Shown here: positions 12,721 to 25,469 of the stretch, in pieces
Position numbering within the stretch: the stretch's first letter is position 1
Layout of the letters: each line of letters begins with the position of its first letter
Origin: Chiloscyllium plagiosum
Taxonomy: Eukaryota
DNA: 39,277 bases
Direction: 5' to 3'
Assembly (NCBI RefSeq): GCF_004010195.1
Contig: NC_057758.1
Span: 8,168,748-8,208,024 of the forward strand
Program-made: the position numbers and the translations under genes
The notes under the pieces: generated by a model
Told to the model about the DNA's origin: nothing
The model's database searches: none
Seen by the model: the letters and a program-made list of their open reading frames with translations, nothing else

Positions 12721-13299
12721 TTAAATAACCATCAATAATAGCCTTACTGGCATAAAATTCACCAAAGTGGAGGAAAACAATAACAAACTGCCATTCCGAA
12801 ATGTCACAGTAGAACGATAAGTCAATGGGGAACTTCAAACCAGCGTCGACAGGAAAACAACACGTACCGACCAAATATTCAACGACAGAAGCAATCATCC
12901 CTACATCCACAAACGAAGCTGCGTCAGAACATTATTTCAAAGAGCCAATACACACTGCAGCACAGTGGAGCCACGCAGATCAGAGGAAAGTCACAAATTC
13001 ACCAACACACTAAAACAGCAGCTGATGAACTTGAAGAACCCTTACAGTCATCAAGCAAAAGTAATGTAATTTACAAAATATCGTGAAGGACTGTAACATA
13101 TACTACTTTGGAAAAACAGGCAAAATACTAGCCTGCATGATACATGAACATCAACTAGGCACAATACGACATGACCATCTCTCACTAGTATTCCACAGAA
13201 TATCCAGGTAAGGAAGGACACCACGTCGACTGGGACAACGCATCCATCGTAGGACAAGCCAACCAGAGACACCCACGGGAATTCCGAGAAGCATAGCAG

Positions 13300-13480
13300 C
13301 CTTGGGCGACTGTCTGTGTGGATTTTACACATTCTTCCCATGCCTGCGTGGGTTTCCTCTTGGTGCTCTGGTTTCCTCCCACAGCCCAAAGATGTTCAAG
13401 TTAGGTGAATTAGCCATGCTAAGTTGTCCGTAGAGTTCAGGAATGTGTCGGTTAGGTGCATTAGTCAGGGGTAATGTATC
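13300..13480 (+). mobile_element. HE1-type V-SINE, 5'-truncated
   Basis: GGGCGACTGTCTGTGTGGATTTTACACATTCTTCCCATGCCTGCGTGGGTTTCCTCTTGGTGCTCTGGTTTCCTCCCACAGCCCAAAGATG, the V-SINE core. Confidence 0.85.
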
Positions 13481-13628
13481 AACAAATACATCGAGTTCGA
13501 CCCTATTTACCACCTCATGACAAAAAGAACAGGGAAGGACATCACCGCAGGAAATGACATCACCATCCCAAAGACACCCAAGAATAATGGTAAAAAGCAG
13601 AAATCATCAGCTGTGCTTCGCCCGGAGG

Positions 13629-13668
13629 CCACTGAAGATGTTACTTAGTATGGTGACGAAGCATCTGG
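13629..13668 (+). ncRNA. Degenerate minimal hammerhead ribozyme motif
   Basis: CCA-CTGAAGA-T-GTTAC(TTAGTATG)GTGAC-GAAG-CA-TC-TGG. Stems I and II pair; GAAA is mutated to GAAG and the stem III palindrome is lost. Confidence 0.5.
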
Positions 13669-13849
13669 TAATGAACCTTCCAGCCCAGCGAGCAAACCTA
13701 TGGCCGGAGTCTCAACCTGTCTTACAAATCTTCTTAAACCTCGCTAAGATTTACAAAATGGACCCCACCACCAGAGAAATACTTCCCTCCACACCTCTTT
13801 TTCCTTTCAGTAAATACCTTTCCCTGCACAACTAGCTGAGCAGGTTCAC

Positions 13850-14630
13850 GTCCCTTCAGAGCCCACCCTCCCCTCCTGGCAATTTCCGCTGCTACGGCAG
13901 GGATTGCTAAACAGGCGCCCACAACTCCCCCCTGACATCCGTAGAACGGCACAGAGGAGCCATTCACATTCAGCAAAGCTTCAACTGCACTTCCACACAC
14001 GACAGTTACGCTATCTATTGTTCCTGATGAGGTTTCTTTTACACTGCAAAGTCTGGACCCCTACTTGCAGAGCGCGTCAGGGAACATCTCCGGGCCACCC
14101 GCACCGATCACCCCCACCACCCCGTGGCCGTACACATCAACTCATCCTTCGACTTTGCTGAGGAAATGTAGGTAATGCGCCTCCTGCATCGCCACTCCGT
14201 TACCACCCGATGCCAGGAGTTAGAATGCCTCATCTTCCACTTGTGATCTCTTAATTCCCATTGCCTCAATGTAGAATTCAGCACTTTCCTCATTTCCCCT
14301 CGCTCCCACTTTACCTCAGTTATAGCTCCAACGTCCAGCTCATCACCGTCCTCATGACCTGTCCCACCGGTCAGAGATCCTTCCCAACTATCCGCTCCAC
14401 ACTCCTCTCTGACCTATCAACTTTATCAACACTTGCATCACATATTGAACTCTCGGCTACCTTCTCCTCAGCCTTAACACCTTCGACTTATCTCCGCATT
14501 CCTGATGAACGGCTTTTGCCCAAAACATCAACTTTCATGGTCTTCGGACGCTGCCGGACCAACTGTGCTTTTCTAACTCTACTCCGATCTTGACTCTAAT
14601 CTCCAGCATCAGTAGTACCCATTTTACGCT
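13850..14630 (+). mobile_element. Penelope-like element 3' part (GIY-YIG remnant and terminal repeat)
   Basis: LQSASGNISG / HP.....P.AVHIN-type GIY-YIG remnant; terminal CCTGATGAACGGCTTTTGCCCAAAACATC...GGACGCTGCCGGACC...ATCTCCAGCATC. Confidence 0.75.
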
Positions 14631-14639
14631 CGTACACCA

Positions 14640-15650
14640 CCAGTAACTGAACTCCAGCATGAACATTTCCCATCATTCACCAATCTCTGTTTTCTTTCAG
14701 TTTGCCAATTTCTCATCCAAAACGCTAAATCATCCTCAATCCATACTTCTGCATTTTCTGCAATAGTCTAGCTGAGGAAACCTTATCAAACGCTTTAAGA
14801 AAATCCATATGCATGACAGCAACCTCTTTACCCTAATCAACCTATTTGGTCACCTTCTCAAAGAACTGAAAAAGTTTTGTAAGGTACGACCTACCCTTCA
14901 CAAAATCGTATAGACTGTCCTGAATCAAATTTTTCGTTTCCAGATTATTACGAATCCACATGTTATAATCGTTTCCAACATTTTACCCACAATAGAAGTA
15001 CGGTTCACTGGTGTATACGAACCAGCATTTGTTCTACTGCCCTTTTTGAATAAGTGGACAACGTTTGCTATCTGGCAAATGTTTTCTGGAACCGTTCGTG
15101 CAGACTATGGTGATGCAATGATTAAAGTGAAAGTTTCTGCAATGTACTGTCTAGCTTAGTAGAGTATCTTCGGATGAATCCTATCTGGCCCAAGGGACTT
15201 AACTATGTTAACACTATCCAGAATCACCTCTTCCTTCTGATTCTCAATGAAGTATTGTTTAATAACCTGTATCTCAGTCTTGTTCTCGGCAACATTGGCT
15301 TTTCTTTTCCTGTGTGAATATTGTCAAAAGAATATTCATTCAGCAACTCACCCATCTCTGCGGACACCAGGCATAACTTCCCACAACTGACCGTCAATGG
15401 CCTTAATCTTACTCCAGTCAATCTTATTATTTTTCCTAGCGTACACATAGAAAGCCTTAGGGTTCTATTTGAAGCTACCCTCTAAAGACGTATCACGTTC
15501 TCTCCGGGCTCTTCTCAACTTTTTCTTCAGGTCCTTCCTGATGACTTTTAAATTTCCACTTTCATAACTGAGCCTTCACTTCTTCTCCTCGCGTACGCCT
15601 CCTTCTTTCCATTGACAAGTGATTCACCTTCTTTAGTACCCCACCGCATA
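14640..15650 (-). mobile_element. CR1 LINE RT/linker fragment
   Basis: Minus strand YMDF.KAFDKVSSARL motif (14770-14815), FVKGRSYL.NF, PVNRTSIVGKMLE, and VSAEMGELLNEYSF (ORF 15224-15448). Confidence 0.85.
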
Positions 15651-15659
15651 CTGCGGCAA

Positions 15660-17930
15660 CAACCTTTTCAACTGTTTTCTTTGCGCCTGAGACAGATAGT
15701 TCACAAAGCTATCCCAATAGTCCAGGACTGACTTTGTATTAACGTATTTTGAGGTAAATCAAACTCCACGAAATCAGGATTGAATTCCTGATTCTGCAAA
15801 CAATTTCGCCAGTTTCTCCAGCTTCAGCTTCTCCAGTTCATTGTCTCGAGTATGATAAGGGCATACATATCAACATGATATTCCTGATCCAGTTTTTATT
15901 TTTCCTTCCAACATTTTTACCAAAAAATTCAACTGACTCAAAAATATTTCAGTTTGATAGGGGCCACTAAACCAAGCCTCGAAGGGATATCATACCACTC
16001 GTAACAATGCTAATACGTTATTCCCCTGGGTAAACGTCTGAATTTGAAACTTTCTATTTGACACCTGCTTCATTCTTTGCTGTGCTCTCTTCAGGGGCTG
16101 TTTAGTTAACTTAACTTCATGATTTAATCACTCTCTCAGCTCCGAGATATAATCCAAGTGTGAGGTCTTCGACACTGGTCTCGTCAATTTCTCTTTTATT
16201 AATTTTAAAGGGCCTCCTACTTCATATCTGAATATTCATCAAATGTAGTAATCTGGGTATTCTGGTTTGGGGCGTAATTAATGGCAAACAACACGCTTGG
16301 AATACCGTTTTCCCGTCATTCGGGTCATCCTGACAGCATGCTTTTAAAATGGCCTTCAAGGTTGGATGCTACCTTTCCAAAGCTCCCTGGGATTCAGGAT
16401 GATACGCACTTGATTGAAAGTGCTGCTTACTTAAGCTGCGCCTGATTTCTTTTCAGACAGCCGAGCAGTAAAATTAAACAATTAGCCTGATTGAATCTCT
16501 ATTGGTAACCAATAGCACGTGACGAATACTACTCGGTCCTTTCCTATCCTTCTTCTCTTAATACTCCATAATGGAATTGCCTCCGGAAATCTGGTCGACA
16601 CATCCATTCTGGTCAATAAATACAGGTACCGACTTTTAGTTTTCAGCTGGTGATTGAATTAATCAATCGTAATCCACATGAAATGTTCTTCGAGTGCGGG
16701 AATTGGCAACAAAGTTCTGCCTTTATTACTGCCTATAGCTTCCCTACCATCTGGTTTCTATGGCATGTACGGCAAGGATGACATCATCCCTGTGGATTCC
16801 TGGCCAATCGAGATGCTTTTGTACTCTTGCCCGAATATTCCTTTCAAATTAGTGACGTCCTATTAGTAATTCATGTGCTGACCATAACACTTATGGCTTG
16901 CATGCTACCAGCAACACAATCTAGAACATAGAACATATAGAACACAGAACAATACAGCACAGAACAGGCCCTTCGGCCCACGATGTTTGTGCCGAGCATT
17001 TGTCCTCGCTTAAGCACCCATCCATGTACCTATCCAATTGCCGCTTAAAGGTCACCAATGATTCTGACTCTGCCACTCCCACAGGCAGCGCATTCCATGT
17101 CCCCACCACTCTCTGGGTATAGAACCTACCCCTGACATCCCACCTATACCTTCCACCCTTCACCTTAAATTTATATATTTTTTTTAAAAATCCAGTACAT
17201 TTGCATGCATTTCTCATCTGCACTAACATGCCATGTCCACCATTTTCGATCTAGTATTCTATCTTGAAGATCACAATCCGCAGGAATATATTCTGAATCA
17301 TTTCCTGAGCGTGCATCAAAATATATATCGCTTATTGTCTCCTCTTTCTGTTGAAAGTCCATCAGCATTTCAGGACTAGAAAAATAGAACATAGAACATT
17401 GCAGCGCCTTCGATGTTGCCTGAACCACTACCTGTTTTCGTCTTTCATTATTGCATTAAATATAACGTCCGCTGACTGAACCTAAACTCCTTGCTCTTTA
17501 TCTTTAGTTTTACCTTCGTGCTGTGACTTATGATGTTGGGATCTTGTTATGGAATTGTTTTGAAACATTCCAAGATTTTTTTAAAAATTCCTCAGTTTCC
17601 TGGACTTTCCTTGATTTCTCCACAACAAGAAGTGTCATTCTCATTTCAGATCGTGCGAAGTCATTCCCAAGAATAGACTGTACACCCGGAACAGGTACTT
17701 TGTCAATTATTGGCACTCAGCATGCCCCAGTTTTGAATTAGCGCAACAACATGATGAAACATAGTGGACCGCTATATATCTGTCCACCTAAGCCACAAAT
17801 CGCCACTCTCTCAGTTAACATCAGAAAAAGTGCAAATGCGTTAATCTCTGCCTCTTTCGACACTGGTTAGATCCTGTATCTCTCAAAATTGTAACTTATT
17901 TCCCATCTCCTCCTGCTCGTTCTGAGTAAG
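15660..17930 (-). mobile_element. Gypsy (Gmr1-like) pol relic: protease region followed by integrase
   Basis: VPVPGVQSILGNDFA (protease C-terminus, ORF 17528-17716); minus strand SAYHPESQGALER (16375-16410), TRFPEAIPL (16570-16600) and GPLK/F.GPY integrase motifs. Confidence 0.85.
16921..17172 (-). mobile_element. Young 5'-truncated CR1 3' end inserted in the Gypsy relic
   Basis: KFKVKGGRYRWDVRGRFYTQRVVGTWNALP...TFKRQLDRYMD, with a (TGTTCTA)n tail. Confidence 0.9.
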
Positions 17931-18064
17931 CATTGCGCATTGTTTCGAATTATTTACAGGCATCAGACACTAATTGCAAACACTGACCCACGTTCGGCTG
18001 TCCACTGCCCCGCAGCTCCTCGACGTTTCTTGGCATTTCGTTCACTCCTCTCACAAATGCAACT

Positions 18065-18780
18065 TGTTATGAAGACGGGGGTATACAGAACCTTGAACAA
18101 AGTTAAAAGCTCGCAGAACTTCCTGACAGCATCAAGTTTTCTGAACGAGATGCAATGTAACCTATTGGTCTAGCAGCTAGTTTAGCGGGTTTTCTGGAGA
18201 TAAAACAAAACACATTCGAATTGGACAAAACCGTTTAAATTATACGCCAAAAACAACAGTCTGCAAACAAGCTTGAATTTAATATATTGACAATAGTAGA
18301 AGCTAATAACACAATCCGATGCTTTGTCGTATAAGACCAGAACAAATTGAACAGTTGAGCGAGAACTGCCAAGCCAGCAGCACATGCAGACAGCGCGGAA
18401 AATTAGCTCTCTGGAGATACTTTTATCAATCAGTCACCTGAGAAACATAATACCTAAAAGAAGAAAACAAGACATAGGAAGATGCGAAGAGAAGATTCGA
18501 CAGAGTGCTGGCTTTGACATTTGGATTTTCCGCGAATCTTAATCATGGGGTTTTAGCGGACTAGTAATGTCGAAGAAGAAGGGAAAAGATAGGTTAGAGA
18601 AAGCAGGTGTAAATACCTGATACTTATTATAGTTATATTTTACGAAATAAAGTTGGCAATTCTTGCTTTAAATAGTGACTTTTGGGATATATCTCGGTCT
18701 CCCAAAATGGTTAAAGGTTACCGCAGATTGCAAATCTTTTCTGTGTTATAGGTTTAAATTATGAGTAGTGCTACTTCAGA
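18065..18780 (+). mobile_element. Probable 5' LTR of the downstream Gypsy relic
   Basis: Starts TGTTATGAAG, has AATAAA at about 18646, and lies directly upstream of gag. 3' boundary unclear. Confidence 0.45.
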
Positions 18781-20812
18781 TGAAAGTGGGGAGGCAGACA
18801 TCATGAGATATTTGCCGCGCTGTCAGATGAGGGGGTAAGTGATTCTAAAGAGTTTAAACAGGCTATTGTAAGTGTTTATGATTTGGTACCAGAAGCATTT
18901 ACACAGCGGTTCAGGTGCTGCCAGGTGGGACTAGATTGGGTTGGGATATCTGGTCGGCATGGACGGATTGGTCCGAAGGGTCTGTCTCCATGCTGTACAT
19001 CTCTATGACTCTCGAAAGAAAGAACCAGGACAAACTTACGATGACGTCGAAATAATTAAACATAGATATTTTGACAAAAGGGTGCGTGCTTTGAAAATAC
19101 ATAGCACCTTTCAGGCTGGAAGAGTGTAAAACCTCACATCCAGAGATGGTAACAATCCACTTCAAAAACAGAGAGTTCAGGAAATAAAAACGGCAGCAGA
19201 ACAAGGAGATGAATACGTGTTGGGGCATAAGACAAGGCTCTAGCCGGAATTCTGTCCTGTGACGGATGGAGGTTGGGAGCAGGAGAGATCCTGCACAACT
19301 AAGTCAAGTGTAGAGAAAACTTATCAGATTTTACCAACGGGTTAAGGAGCATAAGAAGGTGGATCGGTGATGAAGGGCCTCAGGTGCTTTTGCTGCAATG
19401 GAATGGGATACAGAAAATCACAGTGCTGGTGGTGTCAGAAGGGAACTGGGAAATTGTGTTTCCTCTGTGGTAAAGTGTAGCCCAATAAAGTCACATTTCT
19501 GGTCGTTAAAGAAAGGCTTTGTGGGAAAAGATGTGGAAAAAGAAACTAAGGTAGTGGCATTACTGAAGTTGGGAAACGATACCCCAAGTCCAGCCGAGGA
19601 GATGCAGGAGAGTGCACAGCCTCAGTATGGAGTTAGTATTTGACCTCGACAAATAATTTGTTGCTGTTGGTAACGTTTACTCAGAAAGAACGGGGGAGAA
19701 AGACAAGAAGTTATATGTTTGAGAGATGAAGGATCTTACATGTCACTGATTATAAGGCATGAACAACTATGCACTCTTTCTGATCTGTTACCTGAGATTG
19801 TGGTATTTTGTCGGAATGATTGACAGAAATTTCGCATTCCCCTCAATAAGATCAGGTTGGAGTGGCAACTCAGGACTGGGGAAGATACAGTGAGAGTGAT
19901 TGGCTGAGTGTTAGTTCCAGGAATTAATTTTGTTCTTGTGAATGACTTGGCTGGATCCAAAGTGCGAGGAACCCCCTTGTTGTGGAGAAGCCTAAAGCAG
20001 AGCAAGAAACTGAGGAGTTAAGACAGAAATATCCTTGTATTTTTCCAGACTGCGTGGTAAGCAGATCCCAAAATCATAAGTCACAGTACGAACTGAAAAT
20101 TAAACAGAAAGTTGAAGGATTTGAAGTTCATTTTGCGGACACACTGTTTTACGTAATGGTACAGAAAATACCTGAATAGGCAGAAGTTTAGACAGTAGTA
20201 TTTTGTTCTGAAAGGCTAAGAGACTGGCAGCAACAAGCCAATGCGACAAAAAATATGCATGTTGATGCATACTCTGAAAGTGAGGGAGAGAATATTCCGG
20301 ATGATTATTATCTGAAAGATAAAACCCTAAGTTGGAAATGGAGACTACGGCAGGTTAGTACAGAGTACAGAGGGGCCGAAGTGCACTAGATGCCGGTAGC
20401 ATTCAAACAGGAGGTATTATGGGTAGCACATTAACTACCTGTAGGAGGTGATCAAGGAGCACTATAAATTCAAGGTAAGGTACAAACCATTTTTGTTGGC
20501 CTGGAATGTACAAGGATGTGGTTAACTTTTGCCGTCGGCGTCATACATGCCAAATGGTCGGTAAGGTACAGGGGGTAATAAAACCAACATCATTGTCGTC
20601 AATTCCCGCATTGGAAGAAAATTTCACGCAGTTAATAATTAATTGTGGAGGTCCCATCCTGATAAGTAATATGGGAGCCAGCACTTGTTAACCATAAGTC
20701 CGTAACGACAAGATTTTCGGAGGCAATTCCCTCCGAAAAGGGATAAAAAAAGAAGCTTTCTTCACACGGTTTTGGTGACCCAGAAACGTTCATTCAGATC
20801 AAGGGTGAAATC
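18780..20812 (+). mobile_element. Gypsy (Gmr1-like) relic: SCAN-like gag, Zn knuckle, protease, integrase
   Basis: KQAIVSVYDLVPEAFTQRFR..KKEPGQTY (capsid/SCAN-like); RCFCCNG knuckle remnant; LRDEGS (decayed DTG) and PGINFVLVNDLAGS protease; WPGMYKDVVNFCRRRHTCQMVGK, RFSEAIP and HSDQG integrase motifs. Confidence 0.85.
18915..19012 (+). mobile_element. Very short CR1/SINE 3' tail insertion in gag
   Basis: GGGACTAGATTGGGTTGGGATATCTGGTCGGCATGGACGGATTGGTCCGAAGGGTCTGTCTCCATGCTGTACATCTCTATGACTC splits the QRFR / KKEPGQTY gag peptide. Confidence 0.85.
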
Positions 20813-21136
20813 ACTTCCTCTCTTTTTCTCTCAATTTATTTTTTTCAACGTCATGCTATCATTCATCCTTATTCTTCTATCCTGCGTCATTTAATTTTCT
20901 CTTTCTCTCTCTCACTTTCTCTCCCTTCTTCTCCCAATCGCCTCTCTATCCCTGCACGTCAATTTTCCCAAATGGTTATATTCAGAATATATTCAGAATA
21001 TTAAGTATTCTCCACCGAGACAGATCGAACTTGCCACAAGTCGCCATCCTGTCAGACATTCCTGCACAAATTGTGAAGGATGAGGTGTGCTTGAACATTA
21101 GCATACAGTTATTGACATAGACACGCGCTGATGGAA

Positions 21137-21436
21137 TTAGAATAGATTGCTTACAGCGTGGAAACAGGCCCTTCGGCTCAACGATGTCTACACCGACCCT
21201 CCGAAGAGCAACCCATCCAGACCCATTCCCCGACATTTATCCCTTCACCTAACACTATAGGCAATTAAGAATGGCCCATTCACCTAAACTGCACATCTTT
21301 GGACTGTAGGAGGAAACCCACGCAGACACGTGGAGAATATACAAAATCCACACAGACAGTTGCCCCAGGAGGGAATGGAACCCGGGTCCGTCGCGCTATG
21401 AGGCAGCAGTGCTAATCACAGTGCCACCGTACCGCC
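21137..21436 (-). mobile_element. Full-length HE1-type tRNA-derived V-SINE
   Basis: Minus strand: tRNA head GGCGGTACGGTGGCACTGTGATTAGCACTGCTGCCTC with B-box-like GGTTCCATTCC, V-core, and CR1-type tail GAGCCGAAGGGCCTGTTTCCACGCTGTAAG. Confidence 0.92.
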
Positions 21437-21439
21437 TCA

Positions 21440-21830
21440 ATTAAACGTTCAAAAACGTGGCTCACAGTCACCTTCTCAAAAGGAATTAGGGACAGGCTAC
21501 AAAGTCTGCCCTGCAAAGAATATCCATGTTCTATGAATCCATTCAAAGCTGCATAGAAGTGATGAGATTCAGTGGTGAGATCAGAGTGACTGCTCTTGAG
21601 ATCAAGGTTCCATTTGACCGAGTGCATCAATGAATGCTCGTCGAAGTAGATTTGATGCGAATCTAGGGAGTATGATGGGGCAGCAATCGTAGGTTGGAGT
21701 CAAATCATTGTGTATTCATTTGAAGCTATTCACCTCAGCTCCAAGAGATCTAGGCAGCACTTCCACGGGGTACTATCCGAGCCCAAATACATTTAGCTTT
21801 TTCATCGATTACCTTTCCTCTGTCATCAAC
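21440..21830 (+). mobile_element. CR1/L2-group LINE fragments (tail and RT piece)
   Basis: Tail GCTCACAGTCACCTTCTCAAAAGGAATTAGGGA; VTALEIKVPFDRV and PRGT.RA..F..FID.L decayed RT motifs. Confidence 0.55.
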
Positions 21831-21849
21831 ATTGGATGATGATGAGTAA

Positions 21850-22210
21850 CCTGATAGGTGTTGATACAATTATGAGAGGAATAATATAAGGTTGAAAGTC
21901 GAAGATTGGTTCCCAGTGTGGAAAATTCAAATTTTATTCGGCATGGAATTAAAATGAGAATAGCCAATTTTATAAAATGCATTTGTGGCACGTTTTCTGC
22001 ATAGAAATACCGGGAACGCGCTGCCAGGGGAGATTGTCGAAGAAGGTCCGATAACAATGTGAAAGAAACAATTAGATAGAATTATGAACAAACAGAGAGC
22101 ACAGGGACACAGAACATGCACAAGTACATGTGGATAGTTTAGAATGGCATCATAATTGGGCAGACCTGGTTGTCTAAACAGTCTACACCTGTCATATCCT
22201 ACTGTTCATA
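21850..22210 (+). mobile_element. Old CR1 3' fragment
   Basis: ACCTGATAGGTGTTGATACAATTATGAGAGGAATA...GGGAACGCGCTGCCAGGG...TTAGATAGAATTATG. Confidence 0.65.
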
Positions 22211-22377
22211 GTGCTGCTCGGGAGGATTTGTGAACTGCTAAGTGCACAATCTACACCACTATTCATGAATCATGACATACTGTATTAGCGAATCGTGGGA
22301 AATGTCCAGGCTTTAATTGGCAATTGACCAGTAGCATTCATGCTGCACAAATGTCAGGAAATTATCACCTTCGACGG

Positions 22378-22715
22378 GGCAAAATGGTGGCTCACTCGCT
22401 ATCACGGCTGCCTCATGGCGCGAAAGACCCAAGTACGATTCCAGCCTCGAATGACTATCTGTGTGGAGTTTGCATATTCTCTGCTTTTCAGTGCAGATTT
22501 GCTCCGGTTTCTTTCCACCATCCAAAGATTTGGAGGCTAGGTGAATTGCCAATGTTAAATTGTTTATGGATTGCACGGATGTAGTGGTAATATGCAGTAT
22601 TCAATGGTAAATATAGAGTAATAAGATGGGAATGTGTCTGGATGCGATGCTCTTTGGACAGTCTGTGTGCAATTTCTGGGCCGAACGGGCAGTTTCCACA
22701 CTGTTGGAATTCAAT
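22378..22715 (+). mobile_element. HE1-type V-SINE, diverged
   Basis: GGTGGCTCACTCGCTATCACGGCTGCCTCA head, TGTGTGGAGTTTGCATATTCTC core, TGGGCCGAACGGGCAGTTTCCACACTGT tail. Confidence 0.85.
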
Positions 22716-22759
22716 AATTCTGTGATTCCAGCATCCCTTGACACTTAATATTATTACTA

Positions 22760-23370
22760 CGATTGAGTCCCCCAACACGATCATCCTGCTATTGCCATTG
22801 AACAGAACCTCAATTGGGCAGTTCAGAAGTTGGAAATGCAACACTACGCACACGTCTCCTGCCGTCCCAAACAAGCCAAAACTCGACAAGGCAAAATTTA
22901 GGAGTGTGATGGAATAGTCCCCACTTGCCTGGATTTTCGGAGTTCCAACAACACTCAGAGACTTGGCGCTATAAACGACAAATCAGGCTGCTTGATTTGA
23001 TATCAGGCAAGAAACACAGATTCCTTGCATTGAGAGGATCATCAGACATCCTCTGACACACGTTCCTGAAACAAGGTCGTGTCCATTCTGAAGGACACCG
23101 GCAGGACATGCATAAAGACACCACTCTTTGCAGGTTACCCTCCCCAACCTGCCTGGGGAAAATATCGCCCGTCATTCAGCTGTGTCTGGTTCAAAATCCT
23201 GAGAAGGCCCTGGATATCGTGCATTGTAGGTTCAGAATAGCATTTGACCTGCAGTTGCTCATGTCGTCAGTTTGCAACAATTTTCTCTAGGGCTAATTAT
23301 GATCAAGATATACATTTTGGGCCCAGTCAGATGCACGTTAATTCCAAGTGTGCAAGGAAAAACAAATGAA
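22760..23370 (+). mobile_element. CR1/L2-group LINE 3' fragment
   Basis: ACAAGGCAAAATTTAGGAGTGTGATGGAATAGTCCCCACTTGCCTGG (KA..RSVME.SPLAW) and a tail related to 21450-21535 and 1700-1810. Confidence 0.65.
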
Positions 23371-23544
23371 TAACGTCTCCTCATCCATATACAGGTGAAC
23401 TAGCCTCTTGACCCATCGTAGTCCTTTTCTAGACAGTACTCCCAGAGTTTTAGGAAAGGTATTCCGACGTTTTCAATGATTTTCAATCAGGGCTTTGGCA
23501 ATACTCTTGAAATGCTTGCAATCCCTGCGTGGACTGCCCTTTTA

Positions 23545-24030
23545 ATTATCATACAACACCCGGTTATTGTCCAACAGTTTTAATTGGAAGCAGGAGCTTT
23601 TGGAGCTCCGTTCTTTCTTTAGGTGGTTGTGGACTAAGCAATTGTAAGACACGGAATTTATAGCAAATGATTATAGTGTGATGTATTTGAAATCATACAT
23701 TGAAAAATACCGTGATTGTTTGTTGAGTCTCTCATCTGTTACAATGACCATGATAGTTTTAATTCTTTCATATGTAAATAAAAAACTGTTTTTTTAAAAA
23801 AGTTACTTTCTCAGGTTAACTGTAAAAATTGGTGTCAGCCAGATAAGATGTTAAAGTGTTGAAGTTGTTAGCCCTTTGTGTTCCCTGTCTGCGCCATAAT
23901 GTTAAGACTGATTCTAATCTAAAAATTGAGTTAACAGTCTGACATGGATTCATGCAGTTTTGAGCAAACTAAAATGTAACTCTGTAAGTAAAACTTCATC
24001 CCACAAACGTATATGTACATGTGGTTTCTT

Positions 24031-24061
<31 letters not shown>

Positions 24062-24640
24062 TTCTGTCTGTCTGCCAGTCTGCGATGGGTTTGTGAGTGT
24101 GAGAGAGTGCATGTGTGCGTGTGTGAATGTAAAGTGGTTTAAGACGATGCATGCGTGAGTGTGGAAATGTGTGTGTTTGTAGATGTGCGTGGGTGAGTGT
24201 ACGTGTGCATGTCTGTGTATACGTGTGCCTTTGTACATGTGTGTGTATCGGACTGTCTGTATGTTTGTGAGCGCAATTGTGTGTGCGTATGAGTGTCTCT
24301 CTCGCTCTGTGTGTGTGTATGTGAGTGTGCTTGTGTGTAAGATTGTCTGTGCGTGGGTATCTTGCAATGGTGGTCACCTGTAGTGTGACATGAAACCGAG
24401 GTCTCGCTTGAGGACCTCCCTATGGGATTGGAACTTAGTTATTAGCCTCTGCTCGGCCACCTTTCGCTGCTGCCTGCCCCGAAGTCCACCTTAAAGCTTG
24501 GTCACCAGAAGTCCGAGGTCGAATGTCCCATACCGCTGAAGTATTCCGCAACTGGGACTGAACACTCCTGTCTGTTGATTTTTGTCTGGTGCCCATTCAT
24601 CCCTTGCAGTAGCCTTTGCTCTGTTTCACAAATATACCAG
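23545..24640 (-). mobile_element. Penelope-like element 3' end (third family) with internal (CA)n tract
   Basis: Minus strand WYICETEQRLLQGMNGHQ (GIY-YIG second motif, 24590-24640); (TG)n tract at 24030-24360; terminal repeat homologous to 31290-31635. Confidence 0.8.
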
Positions 24641-24699
24641 TAAATCATGACTGGAGCGGATTGACAACTTGCTTTCTTTCCGTTCTGTTTAAGTGTTCA

Positions 24700-24939
24700 N
24701 NNNNNNNNNNNNNNNNNNNNNNNNNNNNNNNNNNNNNNNNNNNNNNNNNNNNNNNNNNNNNNNNNNNNNNNNNNNNNNNNNNNNNNNNNNNNNNNNNNNN
24801 NNNNNNNNNNNNNNNNNNNNNNNNNNNNNNNNNNNNNNNNNNNNNNNNNNNNNNNNNNNNNNNNNNNNNNNNNNNNNNNNNNNNNNNNNNNNNNNNNNNN
24901 NNNNNNNNNNNNNNNNNNNNNNNNNNNNNNNNNNNNNNN
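24700..24939. other. Assembly gap (N run)
   Basis: 240 N bases. Confidence 1.
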
Positions 24940-25469
24940 CGTAAACAATGTGGAAACTGTTGCATTGCTCAATTAGGTTTCTGCTACTTGTTCTGCCTAC
25001 TGCTGACAATGCTAAAGTGCGGCCGAGGCATTTTCTGCCAAGTAGCTGCGTTGATCATTGAACAATCTAACGCAACCTCTGAGAAAAAGGAGACTGCGCT
25101 TTACATCTGTCCTGCAGCTTAGTTAGATTTTGGCTAACTCTGAGCTTAGGAATATTGGTGTCTTTGTTGCTGTAAACCTTCTAATACTTTACAACTAGAA
25201 ACATATTAATATCAGTTTTCGACCTTTGCAAACATTTGAACATGATACTTTGACTTCTGATGAACTATCCTCAAATTGCTTTTTAGAAAATCAGCCAAGA
25301 AGAGTGTCCTCACATCACCCATCATCCTTTGGTAGTATGTTGCATTAGTGCGAAACACAAGTTGAAAATGCCGCCCAGTTCTAAGCTTTGTCAACCTCTA
25401 CAGTATCGAAAAGCAAAATCTTCCTGATAATTGCATTGTTTCTATTCTGTCCTCTTTATCAGTGTGATG

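Larger units (their letters stand above)
12730..13745 (+). mobile_element. Penelope-like element 3' fragment (second family), interrupted by a SINE
   Basis: EENNNKLPF...GNFKP.S..K..T-like RT C-terminus, KHILLWKNRQ-type decayed GIY-YIG region, GHH.DWDNASIVGQA motif, and a terminal hammerhead-like motif at 13629-13668. Confidence 0.7.

Noticed and set aside
20812..20965. Long pyrimidine tract as a splice acceptor region
   Set aside because: Low-complexity sequence with no recognisable downstream coding exon.
21360..21436. tRNA-like sequence with A/B boxes
   Set aside because: SINE head joined to a V-core and LINE tail, not a tRNA gene.
23931..24383. 148-aa and 123-aa His/Thr-rich ORFs
   Set aside because: Microsatellite-like tract inside a Penelope 3' region.
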